Shown here one piece after another: positions 13,585 to 30,970 of a DNA stretch of 64,000 nucleotides. The notes under the pieces were generated by a model. That model saw only the letters and a list, made by a program, of their open reading frames with translations, was not told where the DNA came from and did no database searches. This DNA comes from the human T2T-CHM13v2.0 reference genome, Homo sapiens. The stretch lies in the NCBI RefSeq assembly GCF_009914755.1, contig NC_060942.1, one strand, 5' to 3'. Within the stretch, counting starts at the first letter, position 1. Every line of letters begins with the position of its first letter. The translations under genes were made by a program, and so were the position numbers.

Positions 13585-15240
13585 CTTTTTACTGAAATAT
13601 TATATATTGCCAAAAACATAAATATTGTAAGTTTATAGCTCAATGATTCAATGATTTCTTTTTTTAACAGAACGTGCCTGTGTAATCAGAACCCAGAAAA
13701 GGGAAAAGAGCATTCTTCACCACACAGAAGTCCTGGTGACAGTCTTTCTAGTTATCGGCCCACTGCAAGGGTAACCCTATCCAAACTGCGTTGATTAGGT
13801 TTTCATATTTCATAGAAATGGATTCATACACTACTTGCTCTTTTGTGTCTGGATTTTTCATCATGCAACATTATTTCTGTGAGTTTAATCTGTGTTGTTA
13901 TATGTACCCGTAGTTTTCTTTCTTCTTTTCTAATGCTGTGTACTTTTTTTTTTTTTTTTTGATATGGAGCCTCGCTCTGTTCCCCAGGCTGGAGTGCAAT
14001 TGCTCAATCTCGGCTCACTGCAACCTCCGCCTCCCAGTTTCTAGCAATTCTCTGACTCAGCCTCCTGAGTAGCTGGAATTACAGGCGCCCGCCACACGCC
14101 CGGCTAATTTTTGTAGTTTTAGTAGAGATGGGATTTCACCTTCTTGGCCAGGCTGGTCTTGAACTCCTGACCTCGTGATCCACCCGCCCCGGCCCTCCAA
14201 AGTGCTGGGATTACAGGCATGAGGCTGTGTAGTATTTTACTTTGTGCTAATTATAATTTACTTATTCTACTGGTGATGGACATTTAGGTAGTTCCAGTTC
14301 TATTTTTTGAGTTACTACAAAAGAGTGCTATTGTGAACATTATTGTATGTGACTTTTGGTGAACATATGTAGGCATCTTCACTGGTTATGTGCCTAAGCA
14401 TCTAATGTTGGCCACAGGGCATTCAGATATTCAACTTTAGTATATGCAGGCAAACAATTCTACAAAGAACTTGCATCAGTTTAAACTCTCCCAGCAGTGC
14501 ATGAGAATTCCAGTTTCTCCATATGCCTGCCGACACTTGAAGTTCTTTGACTTTTTTATTTTGGCCATTCTTATGAGTGTATAGTGGTGTCACTTTATGG
14601 ATTTAATTTACATTTTCTTTTTAAAAATTCTGGTTGACAAATAATAATCATATATATTTATGGGATACGCTATGTGTTTTGTTATATGTATCCACTGTAG
14701 AAAGAGTAAAGCAAGCCAATTAACATACCTATCACCTCACTTATCATTTTTTGTGATGAGTGTGTTTAGAAGCTACCCTTTAGCCATCTTGTAAAATGCA
14801 ATACATTTTTATTAACTATGGTCAGCACGCTGTGCAATAGATTACAAAAACATATTCCTCTTTCCTCTTTGTCTAAGAGAAACTTGGTGCCCTTTGGCTA
14901 ACCATTCCCCTTCTCCTGCCCTTGAAGATGGATAAAGCTGTGCACCTTTTAATATTTCATTGACCATTTGTTGTCATCTTTTTTGAAGTCAGTTCAGTTT
15001 TTAAAAATTCATTTTTCTCATATTTATCTATTTTTCCTCATTCAGTTAAGGGGTATCTCATGTATTTACGATACAAATCCTTTTCTGGAAATGTGTATTG
15101 CAAACATATTCTCCTACACTTGGTTACTTTTTCAGTCACTTTTTCATTTGTTGTTTTGCTGGCAGTGTTGTCTAAATTCTCGCCACTATCACTCTTTTGA
15201 AATTACTACAGCTTTATAGTAAGTCTTGATATCCCTTTTA
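13585..15240 (-). mobile_element. L1ME/L1MD 3' region with nested Alu and an L1MA piece (~14625-14920)
   Basis: Antisense L1M 3'UTR/ORF2-end phrases (gatggacatttaggtagttccag; ccagcagtgcatgagaattcc). Confidence 0.7.
13944..14223 (-). mobile_element. AluSg-like
   Basis: Poly-T, dimer; TSD GCTGTGTA at 13935-13942 and 14224-14231. Confidence 0.92.
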
Positions 15241-16833
15241 TAAAATTGAGCAAGATTTATTCTGAGATATACTCACAAGAGTGGGGGTGTTTGACATAAG
15301 GCATATTCATATATACTTTCTCCAATACATCATATGGTTCTTCAGAATATCTATAGGAATTGTTGCATTATCAACATTCTACTCCTAGAATGAGACTTTT
15401 ATCTTATTAGTACTGTTTCTTCTAGGCAATGGGTAATCTGGGACTGCAAATATTTTAAAAAAAATTAAAGACAAACACATAAAGATTGTGTACCATTCGT
15501 ATGGATTGATGAGTTTTTCATACCATCTGTCTCATCTTTATTCTCTGGGACACTGACAATTTTATCCTGTTTCCCAGAACAGGAGAAGCATCGCACCTGT
15601 AGTCATTCCTAGGAGTGGGGCTTAAGATGATGCTTTTCCGTTTTAAAACAAGTAGCAGCAATACCCCCTAGGAGGCCAACTATGCTTTCATTCATCTATT
15701 TGTTAATGTAGCAAGTATTTATTAAACATCTGCTGTTGCCAATACATCAGTGAACAAAATGAGTAACATCTCTGCCCTCCATGGAGCTCACTTGTAGTAG
15801 TTGGAGACAAGCAATAACAATGAATATTAATTAATTACACATTTTGAAGCAGGAGCTAACAAATTTGATGAAAGATAGGATACAGAAGATGAGGAAAAGA
15901 GGATTCAACGATGAGGCTATGGTGACTGGTCTGATGATGCAGCTGCCATTGACTGATATGGGGAAAATGAGAGGAAAAGCAAATTTGGATTTCAAGTGTT
16001 TATGTAGAGATGCCTGCTAGACAGCAGATAAAACACTTTGAGTAGATACACGGATGTGTGAGACCGGAGTCCAGGAGGGTGTTGTGGGGAGGAGACGCAC
16101 CTTTGTGAGCACCATGCTGTAGACCTATTCAGAGCCGTGGACCTCATGCTATCAACAGAGGAGTGAGGGTATCGAGAGAAGACGATAAATTCAGAACACA
16201 TGCTCTGGGGCACTGCAAACTTTACAATATGGAGAGATAAAGAAAAACCAGCAAAAATAATTGAGAATCAGGAACGAGTGAGGTAAGAGAAAATCAAGGA
16301 GACTGTTGCATCCCGGAAACCAAATAGAAAAGTGTTTCCAGGAGGATGTGATTGGCTCAGAAAAAGCCACTGAGATAACAATAAGCAGGACGTATCATTG
16401 GGTTGAGAGGATGACTTGTAAACTCCATGAAGGCAGTGCAATTCCGAAGACAAGGGAAGAGAACTGGAGAAAGTGGGTTAGAAAACTCTCAGGGGTGACA
16501 CTTTTCTTGAGGAAAAGCATAGAAAAAATGATGACATCTGCAGGGGTTATAGAATCAAAAGGATTTTTGAGAAGGTGGAAAAAGTTAAACGACATTTGTA
16601 AGCTGATGCACACGACCCAGGATAAAGGGAAAACAGGTGAGGCCCATGGGAAGGCAGAGTTTCTGGAAGAAAGTCCTTGTGTTCTAGCGCCCACATGAGG
16701 GAGTTGAATTTAAATGGGTGCATGACTGCGTCCTAAAGAATGAAAAGAGAGAAAGCGAGAATAAGGTAACAGCTGCAGATGAGTCAATTGGACAGTGGGA
16801 GATTGAAGATGTTTTCGAGTGTATGAACCAATC

Positions 16834-17028
16834 TTTTTTTTTTTTTTTTTTGTGATAGAGTCTCCCTCTTGTTGCACAGGCTGGAGTGCAGTGGTGCAAT
16901 CTTGGCTCCCTGCAACTGCGCCTCCCAAGTTCAAGCGATTCTCTTGCCTCAGCCTCCTGAGTAGCTGGGATTACAGACGCCTGCCACCAAGCCCAGCTAA
17001 TTTTTGTACTTTTAGTAGAGACTGGGTT
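16834..17028 (-). mobile_element. AluS right arm plus linker (5' truncated)
   Basis: Poly-T, caggctggagtgcagtgg...ttttagtagagac. Confidence 0.9.
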
Positions 17029-17104
17029 TTGTCAATTTTCTTAATAAAATACCAGCTACAGGAACCAGCTGAGAGTGACAATGAGGAAAGAGGTGTTGGA
17101 AGTA

Positions 17105-17320
17105 GATAGTCTTCAAATGCGGGCGATTTTGCTCCCCTTGGGACATTGGGCAGTGTCTGGAGACATTTGTGGTTGTACAACTTGGGGAAGAAAAAATGAT
17201 ACTGGCCTTGGGTGAGCAGAGGCCAGAGATGCGTTTCAATATCCCACAACGCACAGGGCAGCCCGCACAGCAGGGCCCCTGGGACAAAGTGCCAACAACG
17301 CCGAGGTGGGGAGGCCACAC
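17105..17320 (+). mobile_element. MER20 (hAT-Charlie MITE)
   Basis: gggcgattttgctcccc...gggacattgggcagtgtctggagacatt...agaggccagagatgc. Confidence 0.85.
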
Positions 17321-19077
17321 TACGAAAGAGTGATGGAGTGTCGTGTGTTGCCATACAATGCTGAGGGCACATCTGAAATCGGTGATCAGAGATTGAAGTG
17401 AGTTCACTTAGCCAGGCGACATGCTTTTCTCCTGATTTGTTTAGCAATGCGAAAGTCGTGTAGAGCAATAGAGTTGGGGCCCGGACAGCGGGAAGGAGGT
17501 AAAAAGGCCATGGGTGGAGTTGAGCATCTGAGCGAGGGAATGACGGCCATGGCAAGTCAGCTGGGGATGGAGGGAAGTGAGGATGGCGGAGGGAGGGGGC
17601 AGCGCAAAGGTTTTAGGATAAACTGTGGGGCTCAGGGGACCAAATCACTAAGGAAGCCGGGGCACTGGACACACCGAGGTGTGGAGTATTTACTGGGATG
17701 TAGTTTTTAGCAACTCCATCGTCATGGGAACCAGTGGTGGAGTTAGCCTAGGGGAAAGGCTGTCAAAAGAGAATAAATAAAAAATGCCAGGATTTTGGAA
17801 GGATCATGTACATTGACGTGAAAATCACAGATTATGGCAGAAATGGTGTGGGGAGTGGCAGTGACAGGAGCTCATTCTAGGATTGGCAGAGACCTGGCCT
17901 GGGAGCAGCAGACAATTACCATGAGAAAGCGGGGGAGGTGGGTATGACGGTTAACCTTGAGGGTCTTCAGAACAGAGAAAAGCTGTAACATCTAGAAGTG
18001 GAAAAAGGGGCTATGAGGACCTCTACTCCTCCTACCGGCTCGAGAGCACCAGGGTAGGGGGAGAGGGACAGTGAGGACCCTTACTGCATCCACCCCTGGT
18101 GAAGGCAATGAAGCAGCTGTCTTGGGGAAGACCCTGCTTCACTTATAGCAAGAAAGTGCAGGGCGTTTAGAGAGAAATGTCATGAGGTAGGATATTGCTG
18201 TGGATGATGTGGTCTGCCGAGGACACAACGGACAGGCCTAGGAACCAGGAACGTTGGGCAGAGGCATGAGAAAGGGAGGTGCTTGGATGGTTTGGGGAGG
18301 CGAGTCTGGGGAATGAGGAATCGGGACTCCCGAGCTTCTTGGAGAGTTCTATCAACAGGACTACACAGTAAAATACAATTATTCCAGAGGGACTCAAGGC
18401 AAGTGGTGCTGGTGAAGCACTGAGGGAGGTGGGGAACTAGAGGAGGGGTCTTTCCTGGAGTATTCGGAGGTCTGGGGTGACTCACTTCCTTATTCCTGCC
18501 GTTGGTGTGGAAGCAGGTGTATGATGGTCCTGTCCCAAGCATCTAGCACTGAGCTGTGTAGACCTGGGGTTTCTCCCTTAGTTAATGGGCCATTTTGGTT
18601 GAGGTTTGTGAATCTCTGCAAAGCAGAGCTGCATGAACATTTGGTGTTCTAACTCTAACACCAGAAAACAAGGGAGAAAGTGAATATCTCTATTAGAGGC
18701 ATTGTAAACACGGGCAAGAAATGCCACATTTGAGTTGAGTCTGCTGACATTTATTTCAGATGTAAGTATTCCCAGCAGGCTCAAAACAGGCCGATGAATC
18801 TTTCACCTGCTTCATTAACCTGAGAGGGGCATCAGAATGATCTAACAAAACAACTGCACAATGAGAAATATTTTCTTCATAGTGATTGAAAATGGAGGAT
18901 GTCCCTTAGTCCAGGTGGGTTCAGCTGGGACAGTAGTTGGCTGTGCACCAGGAGCACGTTCCACACTCTTGGCTGTCTGTTTCTCACAACAAGAAGTCTA
19001 AGCCTAGGAGTCATTGATTTGTGGCTTTCCAATTAGACTGCCTAAGTTCAGAATGTTTAACCACAGGTGCATCAGAC

Positions 19078-19376
19078 TTTTTTTTTTTTTCTTAAATACA
19101 GTGTCTTGTTCTGTCACTCAGGCTGGAGTATAGTAGTGAAATCTCAGCTCACTGCAGCCTTGACCTCCTGGGCTGAAGCAATCCTTGTGCCTCAGCCTCC
19201 TGAGTAGTTGGGACCACAGGTGTGAGCCATGACATTTGGCTTTCAAAAAATTTCTTTATAGAGATGAGGGTCTCACGATGTTGCCCAAGCTGGTCTGGAA
19301 CTTCTGGGTTTAAGCAATCCTTTCACCTCAGCCTCCCAAAGTGCTGGGATTATAGGCCTGAGTCACTGCACCAGCC
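19078..19376 (-). mobile_element. AluJ
   Basis: Dimer with J diagnostics (gcagccttgacctcctgggct; tgttgcccaagctgg). Confidence 0.9.
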
Positions 19377-19576
19377 AGACATAAATTTCTTATCCGGATT
19401 TGATGGCCTTAGCAGCTCTAAATAAAAATAAAATTGTAAATATTGGTTTGTTGTTCTTCCTAGGGAGCCAATATCTTCATGTAATGCTCTGAGTGCTGTG
19501 AGATGCTCCCTGAGTACACAACAGCCATTTCTACCACCTCTTCTCATGTCCAGTCATGCAAGTCTCCAAAGACAAG

Positions 19577-19984
19577 GTCACTAGTTGCCTGTGGCTGCTG
19601 TGACAAACACCACAACCTGGGGAGTTTAAAACCCCAGAAATCCATGCTGTCGCGGTTCTGGAACCAGAGATCTAAAGTGCAGGGTCAGCAGGGCTGTGTT
19701 CGCTCTGAAGGGTCTTGGGAAGGACTTCGTCTCATAGCTGCCGGTGGCTCCCGGCAATCTATGCTTTTCCTTGCTTGCAGCCACATCCCCCAACCTCTGC
19801 CAGACTTCACATGTGTTTTCCACTTTTTAAATTTTTTATAAGGACACCAGTCAGATTGGATTTAGGGCCCATCATAGTCCAGTGTGAACTCACTTAGCTG
19901 CAAAGACCCTGTTTCTAAATAAGGTCACATTCCGAGGTTCCAGTGGTACCTGGATTTTTGTGGGACACTATGTGATCCAGCACA
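19577..19984 (-). mobile_element. MLT1B/C-like solo LTR
   Basis: ggctgctgtgacaaacaccacaacctgg...ataaggacaccagtca...gcaaagaccctgtttctaaataaggtcacattc. Confidence 0.85.
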
Positions 19985-20869
19985 GACAGTTTCAATCGAT
20001 GCCATTATTTAAGTCATTCAAGATCCCAAAGAGAAGCTCAGTTTCTTTCTCTCCATTTTGAAGTCTTGGAATTTCCTTCCATTTTATTTTAATGTCCACT
20101 CATGTGTTTTTCCTGCCCTCCTCAGCAACCTGGAGCTGTGCGGACTGAGACTGAGATGCATCGCTGAAACTCTCTTTAGGTGTTCCCTACCATTTCTTCT
20201 TGGAAAAGAAGGTTTTACCTCCTGGGATTTTTGAGAACCTCTAACTTCTCCATTGGGGACCATCTCCAGGTACCACCAAAAAAGAGCACAACAGCAGCCT
20301 TGCGGATAAGTCCTGGTCTGGAGTCAGCCACCGCTGCACACATCACTCAGAGCTGCATCATCGGGTTACCCCTGGAAAGGCTGCCCACACACCCACATCC
20401 AGGGGTGTCTCGTCACTGCTGACGACTAGCACGGTGAATGTTCTGCTTCGTGGAGAGACTATCAGAGCTGGAATATCCATAGGCTTATAATCTTCATGAA
20501 TACTTCCTCTCTCAATTGCCGTGAAATAATATGGCTCCTCAGTCCATGAAGCTGGCATCAATAACTGAAATAGGCTCGGAAAAGTCCGGGCAAGAGGCAA
20601 GGAAGACACTAAGCCTTGAATGTTTACTTGCATGCTACCTTTACCCTCACCTGCAAGGTCAGGGGCATCCAGAGGCCTGCTTTTCTTCTGGCTTCCCTTG
20701 TGGTCATTTTGTCCCACCAGAGCTGAAACCCTTCCCTGCTTTCCCCAGAGCCAGGCAGTAAGGGCACACCTGCATTGGCTCCATGTTACTCAGGGGGATC
20801 CAGCGTTATTTCCCCGCAGCTCAGGTGGCAAGGGTAAAATCGCTTCTAAATATTTGTTCTCGCTTGTGA

Positions 20870-21221
<352 letters not shown>

Positions 21222-21239
21222 TCTTTTACGTTTTTAAAG

Positions 21240-21590
21240 GTTAAAAATATAATATGCATTCTGAAAAGTTTATACATCATAAAGTGTAGAGCTCGATGAA
21301 ATGTATGAACTGAAGACAACCATGCAACCAACATCCAGATCAAGACCCTGGAATCCCCTCAAGCCCCTTCCAGTCACAGCCACCCCCGTGTGTGGCCATA
21401 TCTTAATTTCCAAGAGCTTTCTGCCCATTTCTGTACTTTATGTAGTTAGAGTCATGCAACATGCGCTTTGTCTATGTCTGGCCTCTTGAGCATAGCATCA
21501 CCTTCATGAGATGCACCTGCATAATCGTTTACACTGTGGGCTGCTCGTTCTCATTGCTGCAGAGTTTTATTCCATTGTGTCAGTATGCAA
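21240..21590 (-). mobile_element. L1ME 3' end fragment
   Basis: aaagtgtagagctcgatgaa...ccagatcaagac...tattccattgtg. Confidence 0.6.
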
Positions 21591-23007
21591 CACTGGTTTT
21601 TTAATGATCTTAAAGCAGCTTCACCTAACAATGTGTGGCATTATGTGGAAACCTCACATACTGTTCTCATGTGTGATTTTCCATAAACACAGATTCATCT
21701 AGTTAGTTCTTCTCACTAGTCACATTCTCACATAGTGCTAAAAGTTAGCAGGAGTTGCTGACATTTCATGGAGCACAATAAAAAATCGGCTCTGCTTCCT
21801 TATGTCTATTTGGGAGTGTGCATATCACATGTTTGCAATGGCGAATTCCTGTTTTGCAAAGCATTGTTATTGCAGCCTCAACCAGTCTTAAGAGGTGTCA
21901 GCAAAAGAATAGACATTGCAAGCTTCCTTGATAATCTCTAAAGTGAACAAAGTCATTCTCTAAAGATCTTTGAAAAAAAAATTTAGTCATTTAATTTTAT
22001 GACTAGAGGACCACCTAACATATAATCCAAAAATACATAAATTAAATTCCCATAGACAAAACCACAAAGATTAACAAAAATGTGCTAGCTTTGAGTTCTC
22101 CATTCAAACTCTGCCTTAACCTTTTATAGCCTAGGAAGTTCCTGAAGATAAAGCTATTTGGATTCATTTACCTGGGATTTTCTTATAGGGGCAGCAAATT
22201 TCACGGAAGGGCAGATAGTAAATATTTTCGGCTTTCTGGATGCTGAGAAACCAGGTCCTCTAAACTTTGAGCAAATCTTCTCCATCAAAGATGAATAGCT
22301 TTGTTCTATTTTGTTTATATTTTACATAGCTTGGGGACGGTACCAAAGAGGCAGAAGATGGAATTGTTCTGTGGTTCCACTTCACTGAGCCTGCTGGAGG
22401 ATGATGGTTAGAAGGATTCCCTCCCTCTGTGGCTTCTGGGGTGTTTTAACCCAAACTGACATTCATTACAGCAGCACCAGGAACCGTCTGCCGAACCCTG
22501 GGGTGGCGGGTGGGGTGGGGGGGCAGTGGCTGTTGCTGATAGGGATCAAGAGTGAGGCTGAACACCTGTTTCTCCATTCTGCTCTCCCTCTAGGAACCTG
22601 AAAGCTCAGCATGAGATGAAGTGGCTGGAGGCACGTGAGTCCTGCACTGATAGAGGCCGGTTCTGTCAAGCCTCACCTGGATGATGTGTGTGACTCTTCC
22701 CATAGAAAGGAGCAGGCTCTCTCATGAAGCCTCCATTCTAGCATTTTGTGATCATCTATGACCTTAGAGGGGTCCTCTATAACCCTGAGTCCCAAACAGG
22801 TGAATACAGAGTGGGCTCACACTTATTTCTCCATTATTCCTGTGTTCTTTCAGGAGGCTGACCATCAAACCTACTTAGAAGTCAGACCTTGAATGTAAGT
22901 ACATGTTGTTCATTATCTATATCTTTTGCATGACAGAATGTCAGTTATAGGATAAATAACAGAGGGTAGGCTGTGTACCAAGTCATGGTGACAACAATAC
23001 AAAGCAA

Positions 23008-23288
23008 GGCTGGGCGCGGTGGCTCATGCCTGTAATCCCAGCACTTTGGGAGGCTGAGGAGGGTGGTTCACGAGGTCAGGAGTTCGAGACCAGCCTGGCC
23101 AACATGGCGGAACCCCATGTCTACTAAAAATAGAAAAATTAGCCAGGCGTGGGTCACATGACTGTAGTCCCAGCTACTCAGGAGGCTGAGGCAGGGGAAT
23201 TGCTTGAACTTGGGAGGCTAAGATTGCAGTGAGCCGAGATTGCACCACTGCACTCCAGCCTGGGTGACAAAGCGAGATTCCATCTAAA

Positions 23289-23321
<33 letters not shown>
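23008..23321 (+). mobile_element. AluSg-like with (TAA)n tail
   Basis: Full dimer; TSD AAT(A/G)CAAAGCAAG at 22996-23008 and 23322-23334. Confidence 0.93.
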
Positions 23322-23325
<4 letters not shown>

Positions 23326-24443
23326 CAAAGCAAGTGCTGAGTGTCAAGTGATGTAATTTTTGAGACAGTCATGATCCTGATTTCTCAGTGTCCTTTTTGT
23401 TTCCAGGATTACAATATGAACCACTGATTTCACCATTACTAATAAATATAATTATATATTCATGTTCATAAATTCTAGACCATTAGAGAGATTCTAGAAC
23501 ATTAGGTACATGGTATTCACTTGGAAATATTTCTAGAAAGAAGTTTAATAATAGTAATTACTTGAATTTGTAACTTTTAATCTTCAAAAAATAAGAAATG
23601 TAATGCTGAAAGAAAGAGTCCCTGTGGAAAGTAAGCCAAGAGATTCTAGTGCTGCTTTGAATTGTGTTTGCAGAAAATTGTCCAGATGATACATTTCTGT
23701 CTTATAATAATTTGTAATGACTCATAATTTGTGCGATTTATTTGACTTTTCTTTTTACCAGGCTAGGTTTTTGATAATGGCCATTATTCAGCTCATAAAA
23801 TGTGCTCTGTGACTGACTTCTTTGTTGGATGCTGAGTAATATTTTACATAACACCTGAATTTCTTTTTTAGTATGATTGACTTTAGCAATGAATATATTG
23901 TAATGCTTTGGATAAATCATAAGTTTCTCAATTTCGTGTTATTACTCTATATTTTTATTTTTTATATTTAATTCAATTCTTAATTTTATAGTTTATCACT
24001 TTTAGTGATTCAATATTTTGGTGAATTTTTAAGTATCCTCTCATATTGTTCAGAGGCTGAATATGATCTCAGAAGGAGGCAGAACCAGCAGGAATGGGGG
24101 GCGTCGTCCACTCGGAGTCATTCCGCGGGGCTCCCTGCCTCGTTCTTTCTCTTTGTCCTTGTTACGTAAAATGTCTTTCACTCTCAACCTGATTTTTATT
24201 CTATAAGTATAAGCTTGGTTTCCGTCATTAAATGCATGACATGTGGTGTTGGTTTACAATGTTTGATGCTGTACTCTGTCTGCGGCTCCATGTGATCTTT
24301 TTGAATGACCATAGACATGCCTAATGCTGCCTTCATACTCTATACAGACATTCAGTGAACCTCTATTAAATCAATAAATGTCGAGTGATGTTACCATACC
24401 CTTCCTGGGTACCACTTCCAGTCAAGGGTGCTTGCCCATATTA

Positions 24444-24490
24444 TTAGGTTGGACAAAACTGTGCAACAGTAATTGTGGTTTTTGCCATTA
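24444..24490 (+). mobile_element. Partial MADE1 (mariner MITE)
   Basis: ttaggttgg...gtgcaacagtaattgtggtttttgccatta resembles the Hsmar1/MADE1 TIR. Confidence 0.6.
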
Positions 24491-24941
24491 TTTATTTATC
24501 CTTAATATATTTATGCAAATTCCCTTAATTATTTTATAACTTTGAAAGTATTAAAACAACATGATTAAAATGCCCCACAAAATTTGTATCATTGTTAAAT
24601 TTCTGCTATGATTCTGTTTGCCTAATGTATATGGCTGCATATGCATTTATTATTACATATTTACTATTAGTTGTACCATTTATCATTTGGTAGAAATTTA
24701 GCTTATTGACATCTTTATTCAATTCTTTTTTTTTTTATTATACTTTAAGTTTTAGGGTACATGTGCACATTGTGCAGGTTAGTTACAGATGTATACATGT
24801 GCCATGCTGGTGCGCTGCACCCACTAACTCGTCATCTAGCATTAGGTATATCTCCCAATGCTATCCCTCCCCCCTCCTCCCACCCCACAACAGTCCCCAG
24901 AGTGTGATGTTCCCCTTCCTGTGTCCATGTGTTCTCATTGT

Positions 24942-28783
<3,842 letters not shown>

Positions 28784-28831
28784 TTATTTTGCTCGTTAGT
28801 TGATGCAGTTTCTTCCTAGTCTCGATGGTCT

Positions 28832-29844
28832 TTACATTTTGGCATGCTTTTGCAGTGGCTGGTACCGGTTGTTCCTTTCCATGTTTAGCGCTTCCTTCAG
28901 GAGCTCTTTTAGGGCAGGTCTGGTGGTGACAAAATCTCTCAGCATTTGCTTGTCTGTAAAGGATTTTATTTCTCCTTCGCTTATGAAGCTTAGTTTGGCT
29001 GGATATGAAATTCTGGGTTGAAAATTCTTTTCTTTAAGAATGTTGAATATTGGCCCCCACTCTCTTCTGGCTTGTAGAGTTTCTGCCGAGAGATCCGCTG
29101 TTAGTCTGATGGGCTTCCCTTTGAGGGTAACCCGACCTTTCTCTCTGGCTGCCCTTAACATTTTTTCCTTCATTTCAACTTTGGTGATTCTGACAATTAT
29201 GTGTCTTGGAGTTGCTCTTCTCGAGGAGTATCTCTGTGGCGTTCTCTGTATTTCCTGAATCTGAAAGTTGGCCTACCTTGCTAGACTGGGGAAGTTCTCC
29301 TGGGTAATATCCTGCAGAGTGTTTTCCAACTTGGTTCCATTCTCCCCGTCACTTTCAGGTACACCAATCAGACGTAGATTAGGTCTTTTCACATAGTCCC
29401 ATATTTCTTGGAGGCTTTGCTCATTTCTTTTTATTCTTTTTTCTCTAAACTTCCCTTCTCGCTTCATTTCATTCATTTCATCTTCCATCGCTGATTTTCT
29501 TCCAGTTGATCGCATCGGCTCCTGAGGCTTCTGCATTCTTCACGTAGTTGTCGAGCCTTGGTTTTCAGCTCCATCAGCTCCTTTAAGCACTTCTCTGTAT
29601 TGGTTATCCTAGTTATACATTCTTCTAAATTTTTTTCAAAGTTTTCAACTTCTTTGCCTTTGGTTTGAATGTCCTCCCGTAGCTCGGAGTAATTTGATCG
29701 TCTGAAGCCTTCTTCTCTCGGCTCGTCAAAGTCATTCTCCTTCCAACTTTGTTCCGTTGCTGGTGAGGAACTGCGTTCCTTTGGAGGAGGAGAGGCGCTC
29801 TGCTTTTTAGAGTTTCCAGTTTTTCTGCTCTGTTTTTTCCCCAT
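28832..29844 (-). pseudogene. L1 ORF1p disrupted by a 4-nt deletion (~29495) and a TAG (29273-29275)
   Basis: MGKKQSRKTGNSKKQ...YQPLQKHAKM in three ORF pieces; span 1013 nt vs 1017 canonical. Confidence 0.95.
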
Positions 29845-30748
29845 CTTTGTGGTTTTATCTCCTTTTGGTCTTTAATGATGGTGATGTACAGATGGGTTTT
29901 TGGTGGGGATGTCCTTTCTGTTTGTTAGTTTTCCTTCTAACAGAGAGGACCCTCAGCTGCAGGTCTGTTGGAATACCCTGCCCTGTGAGGTGTCAGTGTG
30001 CCCCTGCTGGGGGGTGCCTCCCAGTTAGGCTGCTCGGGGGTCAGGGGTCAGGGACCCACTTGAGGAGGCAGTCTGCCCGTTCTCAGATCTCCAGCGGCGT
30101 GCTGGGAGAACCACTGCTCTCTTCAAAGCTGTCAGACAGGGACATTTAAGTCTGCAGAGGTTACTGATGTCTTTTTGTTTGTCTGTGCCCTGCCCCCAGA
30201 GGTGGAGCCTACAGAGGCAGGCAGGCCTCCTTGAGCTGTGGTGGGCTCCACCCAGTTCGAGCTTCCCGGCTGCTTTGTTTACCTAATCAAGCCCGGGCAA
30301 TGGCGGGCGCCCCTCCCCCAGCCTGGCTGCCGCCTTGCAGTTTGATCTCAGACTGCTGTGCTAGCAACCAGCGAGACTCCGTGGGGTAGGACCCTCCGAG
30401 CCAGGTGCGGCATATAATCTCGTGGTGCGCCGTTTTTTAAGCCCGTGGGGAAAGCGCAGTGTTCTGGTGGGAGTGACCCGATTTTCCAGGTGCCGTCCGT
30501 CACCCCTTTCTTTGACTAGGAAAGGGAACTCCCTGACCCTTGCTCTTCCCGAGTGAGGCAATGCCTCGCCCTGCTTCGGCTCGAGTACGGTGCGCGACCC
30601 CACTGACCTGCGCCCACTGTCTGGCACTCCCTAGTGAGATGAACCCGGTACCTCAGATGGAAATGCAGAAATCAACCATCTTCTGTGTCGCTCACGCTGG
30701 GAGCTGTAGACCGGAGCTGTTCCTATTTGGCCATCTTGGCTCCTTCCT
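29845..30748. promoter_or_regulatory. L1 5'UTR: sense promoter (minus) and antisense promoter (plus), CpG-rich
   Basis: YY1 motif ggccatcttg 30729-30738; RUNX-site region tacctcagatggaaatgca 30649-30667; many CpGs retained. Confidence 0.85.
30300..30389 (+). pseudogene. L1 ORF0 truncated to 29 aa
   Basis: ATG 30300 reads MAGAPPPAWLPPCSLISDCCASNQRDSVG then TAG 30387-30389, caused by a 1-nt deletion (gtggg[c]gtagg). Confidence 0.85.
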
Positions 30749-30970
30749 CATCCTTATTCAATTCTTGAACGGTAAGTTGTTTTTTAAAAAATGTTAAGTT
30801 AAAAAGAAGAAAAGCCATATATAAGTTAGGTATAGGCATTGATGCATCTTTCTTTTACACATACACAAATGAACACACATATAAACACACACACATAAAA
30901 CTTGGTTTTGTGTATATTATCCTTTTAAACATCATGAACTTAACCAATTTTTCTTAGAAAATTCTTTTCA

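Larger units (their letters stand above)
15688..18560 (-). mobile_element. Long L2 remnant interrupted by Alu and MER20
   Basis: ttcattcatc...caagtatttattaaacatct...gccctccatggagctcac (antisense L2 3' end) then purine-rich L2 body; distal end uncertain. Confidence 0.65.

Noticed and set aside
16971-17555. 194-aa minus-strand ORF
   Set aside because: Crosses L2, MER20 and Alu sequence; no recognisable domain
30300-30520. Intact ORF0
   Set aside because: 1-nt deletion gives TAG after 29 codons, before the first internal splice donor
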